64,000 nucleotides of DNA from the human T2T-CHM13v2.0 reference genome, Homo sapiens, in NCBI RefSeq assembly GCF_009914755.1, contig NC_060925.1. The stretch is one strand, 5' to 3'. The translations under genes and the position numbers were made by a program. This document shows positions 24,243 to 37,081 of the stretch, one piece after another; the first letter of the stretch is position 1, and the number at the start of each line of letters is the position of its first letter. The notes under the pieces are model-generated. The model worked only from the letters and a program-made list of their open reading frames with translations. It was not told where the DNA came from and made no database searches.

Positions 24243-26602
24243 GAAACCCGAGAGGCTCACCCTAGGCTGTTTTGTGATATTCATGTTTTCAGGAATAAGT
24301 TGTAATAATTGATTGTGGTTATTAGATAAAATTGGTGTAAATTTAATAAATAAGGCTACTAAAATGCATCATGTATCAAAATCGATATTTCCTTTCAAAA
24401 GTTTTTGAATAATTTTAATATGCCATTGGGTAAAAAAATCTGGTGTTATGAAGAAGACAATTCTAATAGTACATGTTTTCAAGTTAATGACTCACTAAAA
24501 AAAATCATAAAGCCTAAAATATTATCTTTAAAAGTATTTTGTGTTAAAGTTCTGTTCTATATTCATCCACTCTTCAACTTTTGGTAAGTCCAAAATAAAA
24601 ATGGTGTCAATTAATTTTCAAAAGCCATATTTAGTATTATAGAAGAAATGAAAACATTCAGTTGTGCATTCATTCAAAGTTAAATATGAGAAATGTATGT
24701 TTTTGGAGGACCATAAGAATATGAGTGAAATGCATACTGTGAAAAGATGAGTGGATTTGTCAGGTCATAGATGAGGGGATTAGTAACACTTTACATAGCT
24801 TCCCTTTTATGTTAAAGAAAAGCTCTAGATACATCATACTTATCAGCCCACGATTTTACTAAAAATGCATTCAAGTGCTTTGGGGATACATTTATTTTAT
24901 TATCTGTTTTAAGTGGCTCACACCCTATATTCCAATTTATTATCAACTTCTTCTCCATACATCCATTAAGGCCTTTGAGGAGTTAATAGTATTGTCTTGT
25001 TTTGTGATGGTGTCATGTATCTGAAAGATTTATTTTGATGGCCAATAGTAACAGCCGTTATCTGGTAGCTTATATTGCAATAATCAGTAATCCCAAATTC
25101 TTAGTAGGATAATATAACAAAGGTTTACTTCTAGTTTATAGTATCTTTCAAATTCAGATCGTAAGCAGGGCTCTCTGTACTGCATATCCTTGAAAAATAA
25201 AATGCAAGATAAGAAGCCAGTCACACTGAAACATGATTTTAAGCGTTGACCAAAAAAATGCCAGTTGGAAAAGGTGATGGGAGCACCCACCTCAAAGCCT
25301 AAGCGACTATTTCATCTTAGAGCTGAACACATCACGTTTATGAGTTCTTTTGTGAATATGGAAATAACCCAAAGTATCCCCCTGCATGCCTTACCTGACT
25401 GTTTTGGCATCTGCTGTGGAAAGAGACCCTTGAGCTCACAAGCAAATGAACAATTGATAATATTTAAAAAGCAACCCAAGTCTTCATTTTGACAATAAGA
25501 GTTAATAATGAGTAATGTAAAATATATATTTGAAATAAAGATTTGAATATACATTATGACTTCAAGGGTCATCACAATTAAAGGATAAAGCACTCAGGTG
25601 AAATGAAATCCTAATGTACATTTGAAAACAAAGGAAGTCATAAAGGAGTTTTAACTTTCAGAAAATGATATTCATTTATTTTGAGTATTGGAAGGTAAAT
25701 TTCCACAGGCAGGAACTGGTTACCCAAATGAAGAGAACACGGAAAAGTGCACACTGGTTTTGCTGCCTGTCCCAGTCATTTGGCCCAATGCGTTACATGG
25801 CCATACCTCCTGCAGAGGCGAGGGTGTTGACAGTTTCCCCACACCTGCAAAAAAAATGGGGGGATCAATGATGCCAGTGAGTGCTGTGAATGATCAATAT
25901 CGCCCTAAATGAAAATATAAAATGTCAGATTCTGAATGTCTGTTGCTCATGCAATTCTACTATCCTGTATCCTGTATGTATCCTGATACAATGTGCGCAT
26001 TTGTATCAGCAATTTTAAACCGTAAAATCTTTAGCATATTGCAACAAGAACTGTGCAACGTTCTTCAAATGCATTATCTTAGGCAACACTTTGATAACTT
26101 CATGTCATGGATAATAATGCTCCCTCATTGAGCAAATGAGTTTCTGAGTTTAGAAATATAATGCAAGATAGTCAATAGTACTCAGTTTGGAAACAGCCAT
26201 ATTTCGGATTCCTGATGCTGTTTATTGCCATGTAAGCTTCATCTTTTAACTTCTCTTGTTTTTGCTTATTTTTATTGTTGTTTGTGTTTATTGAATATAT
26301 GTTTCATCCAGAAGTGACAGTCACTCCATTGAGGGTAAAGATTAGGGAGGTTTAGCCTCAACCTTTACACTTTTCTTTGAATACATATAACAAAGTGAAA
26401 TTTCAGTTTTGAATTTTCTCTAAAACTCTTAAATTTCATTCCAGGCTCATTGATACAACTATAATGTTGGCTCCAACAATAAAATTTCACCACATATGTT
26501 CAGTTTCATTTGAAGAACATGGGGATTTAGGAAATCAATGTCTTTCTATGAATTCCACTGTGAGTCCAACATGGTTCTCCAAACTTACACATTATCTCAT
26601 CA

Positions 26603-27146
26603 ACCTACACAGTGGCACTTTGTTAGAATAATCATCTTTAGCATGCATATGAGAAACAGGAGGCAATAGGAATAAATTTGTTAGAAGTTGAATAAAACCA
26701 AAATTTAATTTTACTCCAAATCTCCTTCTTTAGAGAATGCAATTTATTGGTTACATCCTGAAATATATATATATACACACACATCTTATATATGCAAAAT
26801 ATTATGCATAACATTACATATATAACTATATTGCATATGTTTATATACATATTTACATACTATATATTTACATATGTAATATGTATATGTAGATATATGT
26901 AATATTTATGTATTTAAGTACTTACATATGTAAATATGTGCAAATACATATTAGGTATTACATATATAGGATGTATATATATTATATCACAGAATGAAAC
27001 CAATAAATTGCATTCTCTAAAGAAGGAGATTTGGAGTAAATTTAAATTTTGGTTTTATTCAACTTTAACAAATGTATTCCTATTACCTCCTGTTTCCCAT
27101 ATGCATGCTAAAGACGATTGTTCTAACAATGTGCTACCATGTGGGT
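26603..27146. repeat. long inverted repeat: ~164-bp arms (26603-26766 and 26983-27146) around a ~216-bp TA-rich spacer
   Basis: Arms are reverse complements, about 90% identical by hand alignment; mirrored ORFs on opposite strands share TNKLHSLKKEIWSK.KFWFYST. Confidence 0.92.
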
Positions 27147-27954
27147 ATGTAAATGTAGATATGTACATATATACATATAAAACATATAATATTACATATT
27201 AATATGTAGTAGAATTATATATGTGTATATGTATATTAGATTATATATACTTATCTATGTTCTCTAAAGTCCACTGATACTCAATGTCATGACTCAGGGT
27301 ATCAGTAGAATTTAGAGATGAGGACATAAAAATGTGTTAGGAGAGAAACAACCTCACAAGGGGAAGACAGAAGGGAAGACACAAGGGAAAGACAAAGCAC
27401 CTATTTATAGTTTCTTCCTGTGGCTTGGAAATTTTCACCACGTGGTGGCCTAAGTTTAGGAAGACTACTTTACATGATCGCTAAAAGTTTTAGGAATTGC
27501 TGTTCTAGTGAGTGAAGCAGAAGTTGCTTCATCTTTATAACCTAGTCTTGGAAGTTACAAAGTATATTGTATTGGCTCAAACAGTCACAAAAACCTGACT
27601 AGTTTTAAGGAGACAGGTCATAAAATGATGAAGATTTTTATAATCTTTAGAAACATCAAAGTGCCTCAAAACCCAAAATAGGTAAAAATAGATTCAGACA
27701 TAAAACAATAAGCAAAATACTACATTTAAAATGTCACTTTTGAGAGATAATATCATACTATTTGATATATATCAGGAGCCAAAAACATAAATTTGAATTT
27801 TAAGGATCCATGTCCATCAGTGCAAATTATCATAGTACTAGGCAAAAAGAGGAATTTCATATGGCTTTCTTAGCATAAAATGAAAATAACTTGGTAATAT
27901 TCTATATATATATATTATAATAAGTCATAGAACACTAGACAAAGAATGGAAATA

Positions 27955-28170
27955 AAGTCCGGTGATGCTTAACAATGGGATATATTTGAGAAATGCATTG
28001 TTAGATAATTAAGTCATTGTGTGAGCATCATAGAATGTACTTACTCACACCTAGATGACATAGCCTACTACACATCTAGGCTATATGGTATGGCCTAGTA
28101 TTCCTATGCTACAAACCTGTGCAGAATGTTCCTATACTGAATATTGTACATAATTATAAAACCACTGTAA

Positions 28171-28203
<33 letters not shown>

Positions 28204-28357
28204 TACCTAAACATAGAAAAGGTACAAGAAAAATATGGTATAAATGACATAAAATGATGTGTATACCTGTGTAGGGCAGCTCCATTATATTCTTATGGGG
28301 CCACTTCGTACATGTGGTCCATTCTGGACAGAAATGTTCTTATGCAGTGCATGCATG
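27955..28357. mobile_element. Tigger3 (MER7/Golem-like) DNA transposon with internal (TA)n
   Basis: gcttaacaatgggatatatttgagaaatgcattgttag...acctagatgacatagcctactacacatctaggctatatgg. Confidence 0.85.
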
Positions 28358-29472
28358 TACTTAAGGTACCAAAGTTTACATAAAGATTGATACATTTATT
28401 TTACAATTAGAATTAAGATGGGAATGATCACTATGACCACAATTGCTTAAAATTTTGATGAATGTCTTTTAGAGAAAAACACTAAATTAACAGATACTCT
28501 ATTAAACCAAGAAGATAGTTTATCAAGACCAGTCTATAAAATTATGTAACATTTTTCTATGCCAGCGATAATGATTTGAGAAACATATAATAGAGTACTT
28601 GATAACAAAAACAAGTGTATAATATATAAAAATTAATATAACATAGAATGCAAAAATCTGCCTCAATAGATACAATTTAAAAGTGTAATAAAACACTTAC
28701 TAGAATATTGGAAAAAGTAGGCATTCTGTATTCAAGGATGGGATCACAATATAACCTTGTAAATTCCACTCAATACAAATTTCTAAATATTTATTTTAAA
28801 GACCTAATACAGCTTACTACATTATTCCTTATTATAAATTAACTAAGAGATAATAAATGTCCAAAATAACTTAGTAAATGTTGAAAAGTAAAGAACAAAG
28901 ATGAGTAGTTTTCCTAATACCTATTGCTATATAACATAAAGTCATATTTATAACATCATCCTGATACATCGTAATATACACATCTCTATAATCAAATATA
29001 GAGAAACAGTTGGGACACTATTGCTCTCAAAAGTCAACTTACAATATATGAAACAGTATCTAATAAAGGAGAAATTTTATATTGAAAGAACAAAACATGC
29101 TATTACTCGATGTAGGAAAAACTTGCTCAACAACTAAAGAAAAAAATTATATTTCTATTTAAAAATATATAGAAACTAGACTTCAGATTAAGACTTAAAT
29201 ACATAACGTAATGCTATAGAGTTACTTGAACATAATAGAAAATAATCTCTTTCTCATAAAGTGGAAGGGACACATAACTTCAACAGCAAAAGATTAATGA
29301 AATATATTTAATTACATAAAAATTAATAATATTTATCTAGTGAATGACATCATGGGCAAACAACATACTAATACAAATTGAAAGAAGATAATTTGCATCT
29401 CAGAGACAAATAAGCCAATAAAACCTAAAATATTCAATGTATTCCTACACATCTTAGGATGCCCATTTTAAT

Positions 29473-29545
29473 TAGTAATCAGATAATTACTTAATCAGAG
29501 AATTACTTAATCAGAGAATTAATTACTTAATCAGAGAATTACTTA
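29473..29545. repeat. short tandem repeat, ~16-bp unit aattacttaatcagag, about 4 copies
   Basis: taatcagataattacttaatcagagaattacttaatcagagaattaattacttaatcagagaattacttaa. Confidence 0.85.
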
Positions 29546-29698
29546 AGATGCCCAGTTTAATTTGTAATCAGAGAAAGGGCAATTAAACAAAATAAAATAT
29601 TACTTTAGATCCAATAAATTAGCAACATTTCAGGAGCTGAATAATGCTAAATGGTGCAAAAGATGTGAATGAATAAGAACGCTTGGAACTACATTTGA

Positions 29699-30005
<307 letters not shown>

Positions 30006-30205
30006 TAAGCCCATTTATACCAAACAAATTCTCAGAAAGGTCCAGAATAAAGAAAATAATCCAAACAAGTTAAATATTATTTTTAGTTATAAATAAGTTA
30101 TCAATAATAACATGGAATTAAAGCACAAAATTGTGATTTTTTAAAAACAAAGCCAAGATTTAAGTAGCTTACGATGGAAAATAAAGCATAAAGAATGCTT
30201 AATGC

Positions 30206-30484
30206 ATTTTTTTTTGACATGGGGTCTGGCTCTGTCACTCAGCCTGGAGTGCAGTGGTGAGATTATAGCTCATGGCAGCCTAGAACTCCTCAGCTCAGTC
30301 TCCTGAGTAGCAAGGACTGCAAGTATGCGCCACCACACCCAACACATTTTTAAATTTTTTTTGTAGAGATGGGGTCTTGTTATGTTGCCCAGCCTGGTCT
30401 CAAATTCCTGGACTCAAGTGATTCTCCCACCTCAGCCTCCCCAAATAGTAAGATTATAGATATAAGCCACTGTGCCCAGCCTGG
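30206..30484 (-). mobile_element. AluJ
   Basis: poly-T, gggtctggctctgtcactcagcctggagtgcagtgg...agccactgtgcccagcc. Confidence 0.88.
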
Positions 30485-30584
30485 AATGCTTAATACTGTA
30501 AAAGCAAATAAAATAATGACACAAGATAACACATCTTCAGTAACATCAAGATTTGTTTATAAGCTACAGAAATAAAAACCAGGT

Positions 30585-30775
30585 AGGGGGTTGGGGGAAA
30601 GAGGAGGGAAAGCATTAGGACAAATACCTAATGCATGCGGGAGTTAAAACCTAGATGATGGGTTGATGGGTGCAGCAAACCACCATGGCACACTTTTGCC
30701 TATGCAACAAACCCACACATCCTGCACATATATCCCAGGACTTAAAATACAATAAAATTTAATAAAGTAGAAAAA
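30585..30775 (+). mobile_element. L1PA 3' end with A-rich tail
   Basis: gcattaggacaaatacctaatgcatgcggg...ggtgcagcaaaccaccatggcac...acttaaaatacaataaaa. Confidence 0.9.
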
Positions 30776-31139
30776 ATTATTAATATATACACATGAAATA
30801 TAAATATATATGCACATACACATGTGGAAATAGAAAAAATGCGCACAGGATTTGACAGATATTTCACAAAGCAACAGTTAAACACATCAAAAGTCATGTG
30901 AACATTAGTAATCAAAAAGGCACATTGAACAATGATGCACCTATCAAATTGACTAAGACGGAAAAGTGCATAGAATTCAGTCCTGGTACATGTAAAGTTT
31001 ATTGCTGTGATGCTGTAACACAAGTTGAAAACATTTTTGGACAGGGAATTTAGTTGATGGATATTAAGAAATTTGAAAACTTTGTATCTTCTTGCAAATC
31101 ACTTTAGGAAAAAACACACTTAGAGAATGCTATCTGGGA

Positions 31140-31314
31140 AAGGTGGCGGGGGAGAGTATACGGAAATGTTGGTCAAAGAGTTAAAAGTTGCAGTTGTGTA
31201 GGATAAATAAGTCTAGAGATCTAATGTATAGCTTGATGACTATAGCTAATAATATTGTATTGTACACTGGGAAGTAGCCAAGAGAGTAGGTTTCAGGTGC
31301 TCTTAGCACATGTA

Positions 31315-31348
<34 letters not shown>

Positions 31349-31450
31349 GTAAAGATGGACATGCTTATTTTCTTGACTGTAGTAATAGTAATAATTTCAC
31401 TATGTATATAAAAATATGTTGCATACCTTAAATATATACAATAAAAAGAG
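31140..31450 (+). mobile_element. L1MA/MC-type 3' end containing a (CA)n tract at ~31316-31346
   Basis: ggaaatgttggtcaaagagttaaaagttgcagtt...gtctagagatctaatgtatagc...accttaaatatatacaataaaaa. Confidence 0.75.
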
Positions 31451-31589
31451 AATCCTTTGTACATAAGCTATTAAAAATGTCAAACAATTTATCACTTAGA
31501 AATTTGAACACAACCTAAATAACCACTATTTGGATTTTAATTGTGGTATAATTAATTTGATAGGATATCAATGTCTAGTCACATATATA

Positions 31590-32090
31590 CACTTAACCCA
31601 TTTTAAATAGAATAGATTTAATGTACAAAAGTGGTTACAGGGTGGCACAAAGGGCTGGAGGGAAGGCTGATGCAGCAAGGAGCCGAGTGTTATCACTCAC
31701 GGACCAGGAGTTGTCACCAGTGGCGCCTCATATGCTCCTCAGTGCTGAGCTGATGGAGACCGCACGCCCAGGGCTGCTTGTGTGACTTTCCCATGCTGAT
31801 ATGCGGCAACTTAGATGCCCTGCATCCCCACAAATGCAGCTGAAACTGACTGTAAGCCCACAACTCCCTCAGGACCCCTGCTGCCTGCAGTTGCTGCTGC
31901 TGCCGCCACAGATCATCACCAGAAGCAGGAAATAAGACACAGTTTCCTTCTTTCTCCTGCTCTCCAGTGTTCCACCAGGGCCTGCCCTCTCATAGCCTTA
32001 CAGGAAACCAGGTAGCACAGGAGTCAGGACAAGCTCTCTGCGGGCTGAAGCCCTAGAAGTCAGCGGAGACACCAGCCCTAAAGTGTGGGC
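31590..32090. mobile_element. possible ancient ERVL-type LTR (GC-richer island)
   Basis: Abrupt compositional shift with LTR-like phrases; family not recognised with confidence. Confidence 0.35.
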
Positions 32091-32866
32091 CCAACAAACA
32101 GAAGACAGACACCATCTGGACAAACGTTTTCATGAAAAGACTTCCGTGACATGGTAACATGATCAACATCATTCTAGAACACACGCACAGAAAACGGTTC
32201 AGAAATACTTGTCTGCAAGATCCAAGAGGGTGGAGTTGCTTCCACCTAGTTACCTATTTTATTCCAACTGTCCGCTACATGGTGTACACTTCATAAATAT
32301 TCATAGTATGAAGTCAAGACATGAATTTTAAAGTTTTGTTTCTATCTGAACTATTACATTATGGTTGATTTTTAAATTTTATTTGTACTAGACTGTGATT
32401 TTAGATTTTTTAGTCATATCAATATTTAAAATAAAAACAAACTTTAAAATTAAATGCATCACTAAAGTAACAGAGCTTGCAGGTGAATAACAGAAGAAAG
32501 AACATAACAAGCTAATGAAGAGTGATAGCAATGAAGATGTGAAAAAGACAACCTCAATTTTAGTATGGAGTTCATTACTGATCAGCGATACTCTCTTTGA
32601 CACATCAACTGAACTCTGAGTTTCAAAGCCTATATTTGTGAAAGATTGGAACACAAATAGCAATATTTTATAAAAATTTCCTAAAGTTTAAAGGAGGAGG
32701 CACATACACATGAAAATATTGTGTAAAACACAAAAGGCCATATATAACTAACTCATATATCATAGGTAAAAATTCATTAGTAATGGCTAACTTTGAGATT
32801 ATTGTTAATATTTGTTGAGATTTTCAGTTTAACAATAAAAGAAGATTAAATAACAACAACAAAACA

Positions 32867-33034
32867 GCTGGGCACAGTGGTGTGTGTCTGTAGTACCAGT
32901 ATTCAGGAGAGTGATGTGGAGGGGGTTCACTTGAGGCCAGGAGGTCGAGGCCTTTGTGCACTGTGATCTCACCTGTAAAAATCTACTGCACTCCAGCCTG
33001 GGCAACATAGTAAGATTCTGTCGCTTAAAAAAAA
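32867..33034 (+). mobile_element. Alu monomer (FRAM/AluJ right arm)
   Basis: gctgggcacagtggtgtgtgtctgtagtaccag...actgcactccagcctgggcaacatag...poly-A. Confidence 0.85.
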
Positions 33035-33779
33035 ATGAGAAGAAAATCAGAAAAGGGCAACAGAGATATCTATTAGCTTCTTTAGCTCCTTTATTTGCAT
33101 TCTTCTTCAAAACCCCAGAGAGGACTTATTAACAGAAAACTTTTATCTACACCCCTAATGGACACAGTGAAGCCAGGGATGATGTCACTTTTGTTTTTCT
33201 TTGCACACTTAAGCCAGCCACACACCATGAGCCCCTCCAAATGAGGGTCAAGACATCATCTGATGGTGAGTTCCACCAGATAGGTAAACAGTATTGCAGG
33301 AACAAAAGATGGTCACGGTTCTTGACTTGTTCTGCTTTTGAAACATTTCTATTAGTTCTTGACTGTATTTCCTCATTTCCCTCTATCATCTATTTTTATG
33401 GAGAAAAGCCAATCTGTTTTATTTTTCCTTTGAGTCTCATTTTATATAATACTTATTTACTGCAACATATTAGTAAACGGGTTTTTCATTTCCAAAGTAT
33501 TTATGGACAAAATCATATATATTCTTCCTCTGTTATTGAATGATACATTTGTTTTAGTGGGATGAAAATTTTGCAGAGGAAAAACAACTAATTTTTCTTT
33601 GAATGGAAATTAGGTCTTAGAGTTAGAAAACACTAGCAACAAATGTTTCAATCATATTTATGTTTCCCTGGTGAAACCAATAGTGAGTTATCTAAAACCC
33701 AAATTTTAGTCTACGGAAGCAGGACTGTGTCCCCAAGAGAACTGAGGTAAGTGACATGCTCTGGGTCCCGCACCTGCAC

Positions 33780-33980
33780 CGATGTACTTACTCCATGGGG
33801 TTAGCTGTGTGATGTTAGATACCCCAGAACTTGAACTTTTAAATCTGTAAATGGTGAAATTAGATTATATACCTCATAGGTTCTTGAGGAAAATTAAATG
33901 TGGTAAACTGGCATTAAGAACAATTCCTAGGATACTGTAAGCTTCACATAAATGCTCAATATTGCCCTACCACCACTATT
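33780..33980. mobile_element. MIR
   Basis: agctgtgtgatgttag...atctgtaaatggtg...atacctcataggttcttgaggaaaattaaatg. Confidence 0.65.
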
Positions 33981-36088
33981 AATTATTCCCTGGGTTAAAC
34001 ATGCATTGTGCTGTTTGGAAACTCAAGCAATGTGATCAAGAAAAATAAAAGAAAGAAAAAGTCCAGTTGTGCTGCATGCTGCAGTCACAGTTTTCCCTCA
34101 CTGATCTGGTGTCCCAGGTCAGCTGTTCAGCATGGCTTAATGACAGGGACTTCCATTTACAAAAGTGCAGCAGAGATTTGCCCAGCATCCACCTCCCATC
34201 CCGCACTGCCCTCTTGGTCTCCCTCCATTCACTTAGCAAACAGCTGCCCAGTCTCCGCATCTAATTATTATTCTCCAAAACTTGAAAATATTAATAAGTC
34301 TAATTAGAATTATTAAAAGAATTCAAAATGTATTTGAAACTTGGAAATTCTTCCTGAAATATGACTGTATGATAACCACTGCTAAAGTCTTCCCTGAAAA
34401 AGGACCCTATATTTTCTTCCTATTGATAAATACTAAAATTTAACAACATGTCAGAAATCGAAAAGTTGCAAAGTTTTAATCTTCTTAAGAGAAAATGTAG
34501 GAGTTATCAGTGATTCTCTTCAGAAAGGTTAAATGTATTTTGCTTCTATTAGCCTTGTTAATGTAGCTCATAGCTATTCTAATCTGAAGTTGTACTTTAA
34601 ATCATGTTTATATGTTTTTTCCTGAATAGACTGACTGTGACCTCCTCAAGCTTAATCAAATATAATTTGTCTTTGATTCCTGCACTAGCTAACACAGAGT
34701 CAGGCTGTGAGTAGCAAGATAGAGGAAGGAATTTAATTGAAGTGAGAGACATCTTAGTGTTTTATTTTCTTTTCTGCCTCACAGTTTCCATGAAAAAATT
34801 CACTGTAGCAGGCAATAAAGCAGATATTTGCAAAAACACCAAAAGCCTTACCTGGTAAATAGCAGGGAGTTTCTAAATCCCAGTTATGCCCCCCTGAGAT
34901 TTAATGCGAATGACAGGAGCTTTAAGGAGTTAAGCTTGGAGAAGCATGCACTAGTCACAAAGAAGGTGGATTCTGCATAAATCTCTGCTCAACATGAAAA
35001 TAAGAGACATACCTTACATTAATATATGCATTTCTATTTGTAAATATGCATATACAATGTATTCTTATATTTGTAAATCTGCACATATATAAAAATGCAT
35101 ATCTATAAATTTATATAAAATAAATGTAAACTGTATACATACAAGTTGTCTGGGACTAGAGAAATTATCAAATCCAAATTCTTACAAGTCTGACTAAATG
35201 ATAAAATCAGCAAACTGAAGTAATGAAGCTCATATCATAAGATGATTATAGTAATACAGTCTGCAGAATAATTTGTGTAGATATTAACTCTTTGACAGTG
35301 TATGTATTTGTTCATTTGTAACTGGTAATATTCTAAGCACTTTCATTACTTTTCTGCATTTAATCTTCATCAACCCTGAGGTCAAACCTTTTCTTACCAT
35401 CTATTTTTATGTGCAGTAAACAGAGGAATAGCAGGTAGAGGGGAAGCTGGGTCCACCCTGCAGTCCAGCCACGGTCCCTGGGCTCCTCACCCCATGCGAC
35501 TCTGGTTTCTGAGGAGTCTGGTGTGTAGGAGGACCCTGGCTTGCTCATGGGGATGTGTGGGGTTTTGCTCCACGAAACCACAGAGCCTCACAGCATTGTC
35601 CAATACTGTGGGTAGAAGGGTGCAAATGTTTGGTATGGATTTTCCACAAGTGATATTTTAGTCATGTTCTAAATCATTCCTATATGGAATACACTTTTGG
35701 GAGTTTTTAAGATTCCAGATGGATCCTTAAACCAGAGAATGTAATTCACTTTAGACTTCTCTAAACAACTCTAAAAACAGGGGGACAAAATTCTCCTTTG
35801 TTTTCAATAATTCACTATTCATGTCTGCATAAGGCAGTGACACTGCCAGTTTCCAGGACTTGTTTATAACAGACACTCTCATCGGGAAATCTCATGACTC
35901 AGAACTGTGGCAACTTCAGTACAAATCACCCTTTTGATCCACAGTTGTGAATTCTTAGTTCCTGGTAAATTTTTTGAATTGCAGATAATTTATAACACCC
36001 AAATCTACAGGCCCATGGGCCTTTCTTTGGTTAGAACACACACACACACACAATTTGTTTCAGAGGCTCAAATTACTTTAACCCCAAG

Positions 36089-36106
36089 CTTTCCTTTGTG
36101 GCCTAG
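36089..36106 (+). promoter_or_regulatory. probable splice acceptor for the OR2T4 coding exon
   Basis: ctttcctttgtggcctAG|gtgaaacctcATG. Confidence 0.65.
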
Positions 36107-36116
36107 GTGAAACCTC

Positions 36117-37081
36117 ATGGACAACATCACCTGGATGGCCAGCCACACTGGATGGTCGGATTTCATCCTGATGGGACTCTTCAGACAATCCAAACATCCA
36201 GCTCTACTTAGTGTGGTCATCTTTGTGGTTTTCCTGATGGCGTTGTCTGGAAATGCTGTCCTGATCCTTCTGATACACTGTGACGCCCACCTCCATACCC
36301 CCATGTACTTTTTCATCAGTCAATTGTCTCTCATGGACATGGTGTACATTTCTGTCACTGTGCCCAAGATGCTCCTGGACCAGGTCATGGGTGTGAATAA
36401 GATCTCAGCCCCTGAGTGTGGGATGCAGATGTTCCTCTATCTGACACTAGCAGGTTCAGAATTTTTCCTTCTAGCCACTACGTGGCCTATGACCGCTACG
36501 TGGCCATCTGCCATCCTCTCCGTTACCCTGTCCTCATGAACCATAGGGTGTGTCTCTTCCTGTCATCAGGCTGCTGGTTCCTGGGCTCAGTGGATGGCTT
36601 CACATTCACTCCCATCACCATGACCTTCCCCTTCCGTGGATCCCGGGAGATTCATCATTTCTTCTGTGAAGTTCCTGCTGTATTGAATCTCTCCTGCTCA
36701 GACACCTCACTCTATGAGATTTTCATGTACTTGTGCTGTGTCCTCATGCTCCTCATCCCTGTGGTGATCATTTCAAGCTCCTATTTACTCATCCTCCTAA
36801 CTATCCACAGGATGAACTCAGCAGAGGGCCGGAAAAAGGCCTTTGCCACCTGCTCCTCCCACCTGACTGTGGTCATCCTCTTCTATGGGGCTGCCATCTA
36901 CACCTACATGCTCCCCAGCTCCTACCACACCTCTGAGAAGGACATGATGGTATCTGTCTTCTATACCATCCTCACTCCAGTGGTGAACCCTTTAATCTAT
37001 AGTCTTAGGAATAAGGATGTCATGGGGGCTCTGAAGAAAATGTTAACAGTGGAACCTGCCTTTCAAAAAGCTATGGAGTAG
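36117..37081 (+). pseudogene. OR2T4: olfactory receptor 2T4, frameshifted allele (+2 bp at 36479-36480, premature stop 36537-36539)
   Basis: Two overlapping ORFs give the OR N-half ([16 protein letters not shown]...LHTPMYFF) and C-half ([14 protein letters not shown]...KAFATCSSH...NPLIYSLRN...EPAFQKAME). Span 965 nt equals 320 codons + stop + 2. Confidence 0.93.

Noticed and set aside
26638-27202. Two similar small ORFs on opposite strands as a duplicated peptide gene pair
   Set aside because: The similarity comes from the inverted repeat, the N-termini are TA-repeat translations, and the frames diverge at an indel
31620-32100. GC-richer island with a poly-Ala ORF as a CpG-island promoter or exon
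   Set aside because: Few CpGs, no convincing splice structure or protein similarity; more likely a decayed LTR
36416-37081. 221-aa ORF as an independent gene
   Set aside because: It is the out-of-frame C-terminal half of OR2T4, starts at GTG and lacks TM1-TM3
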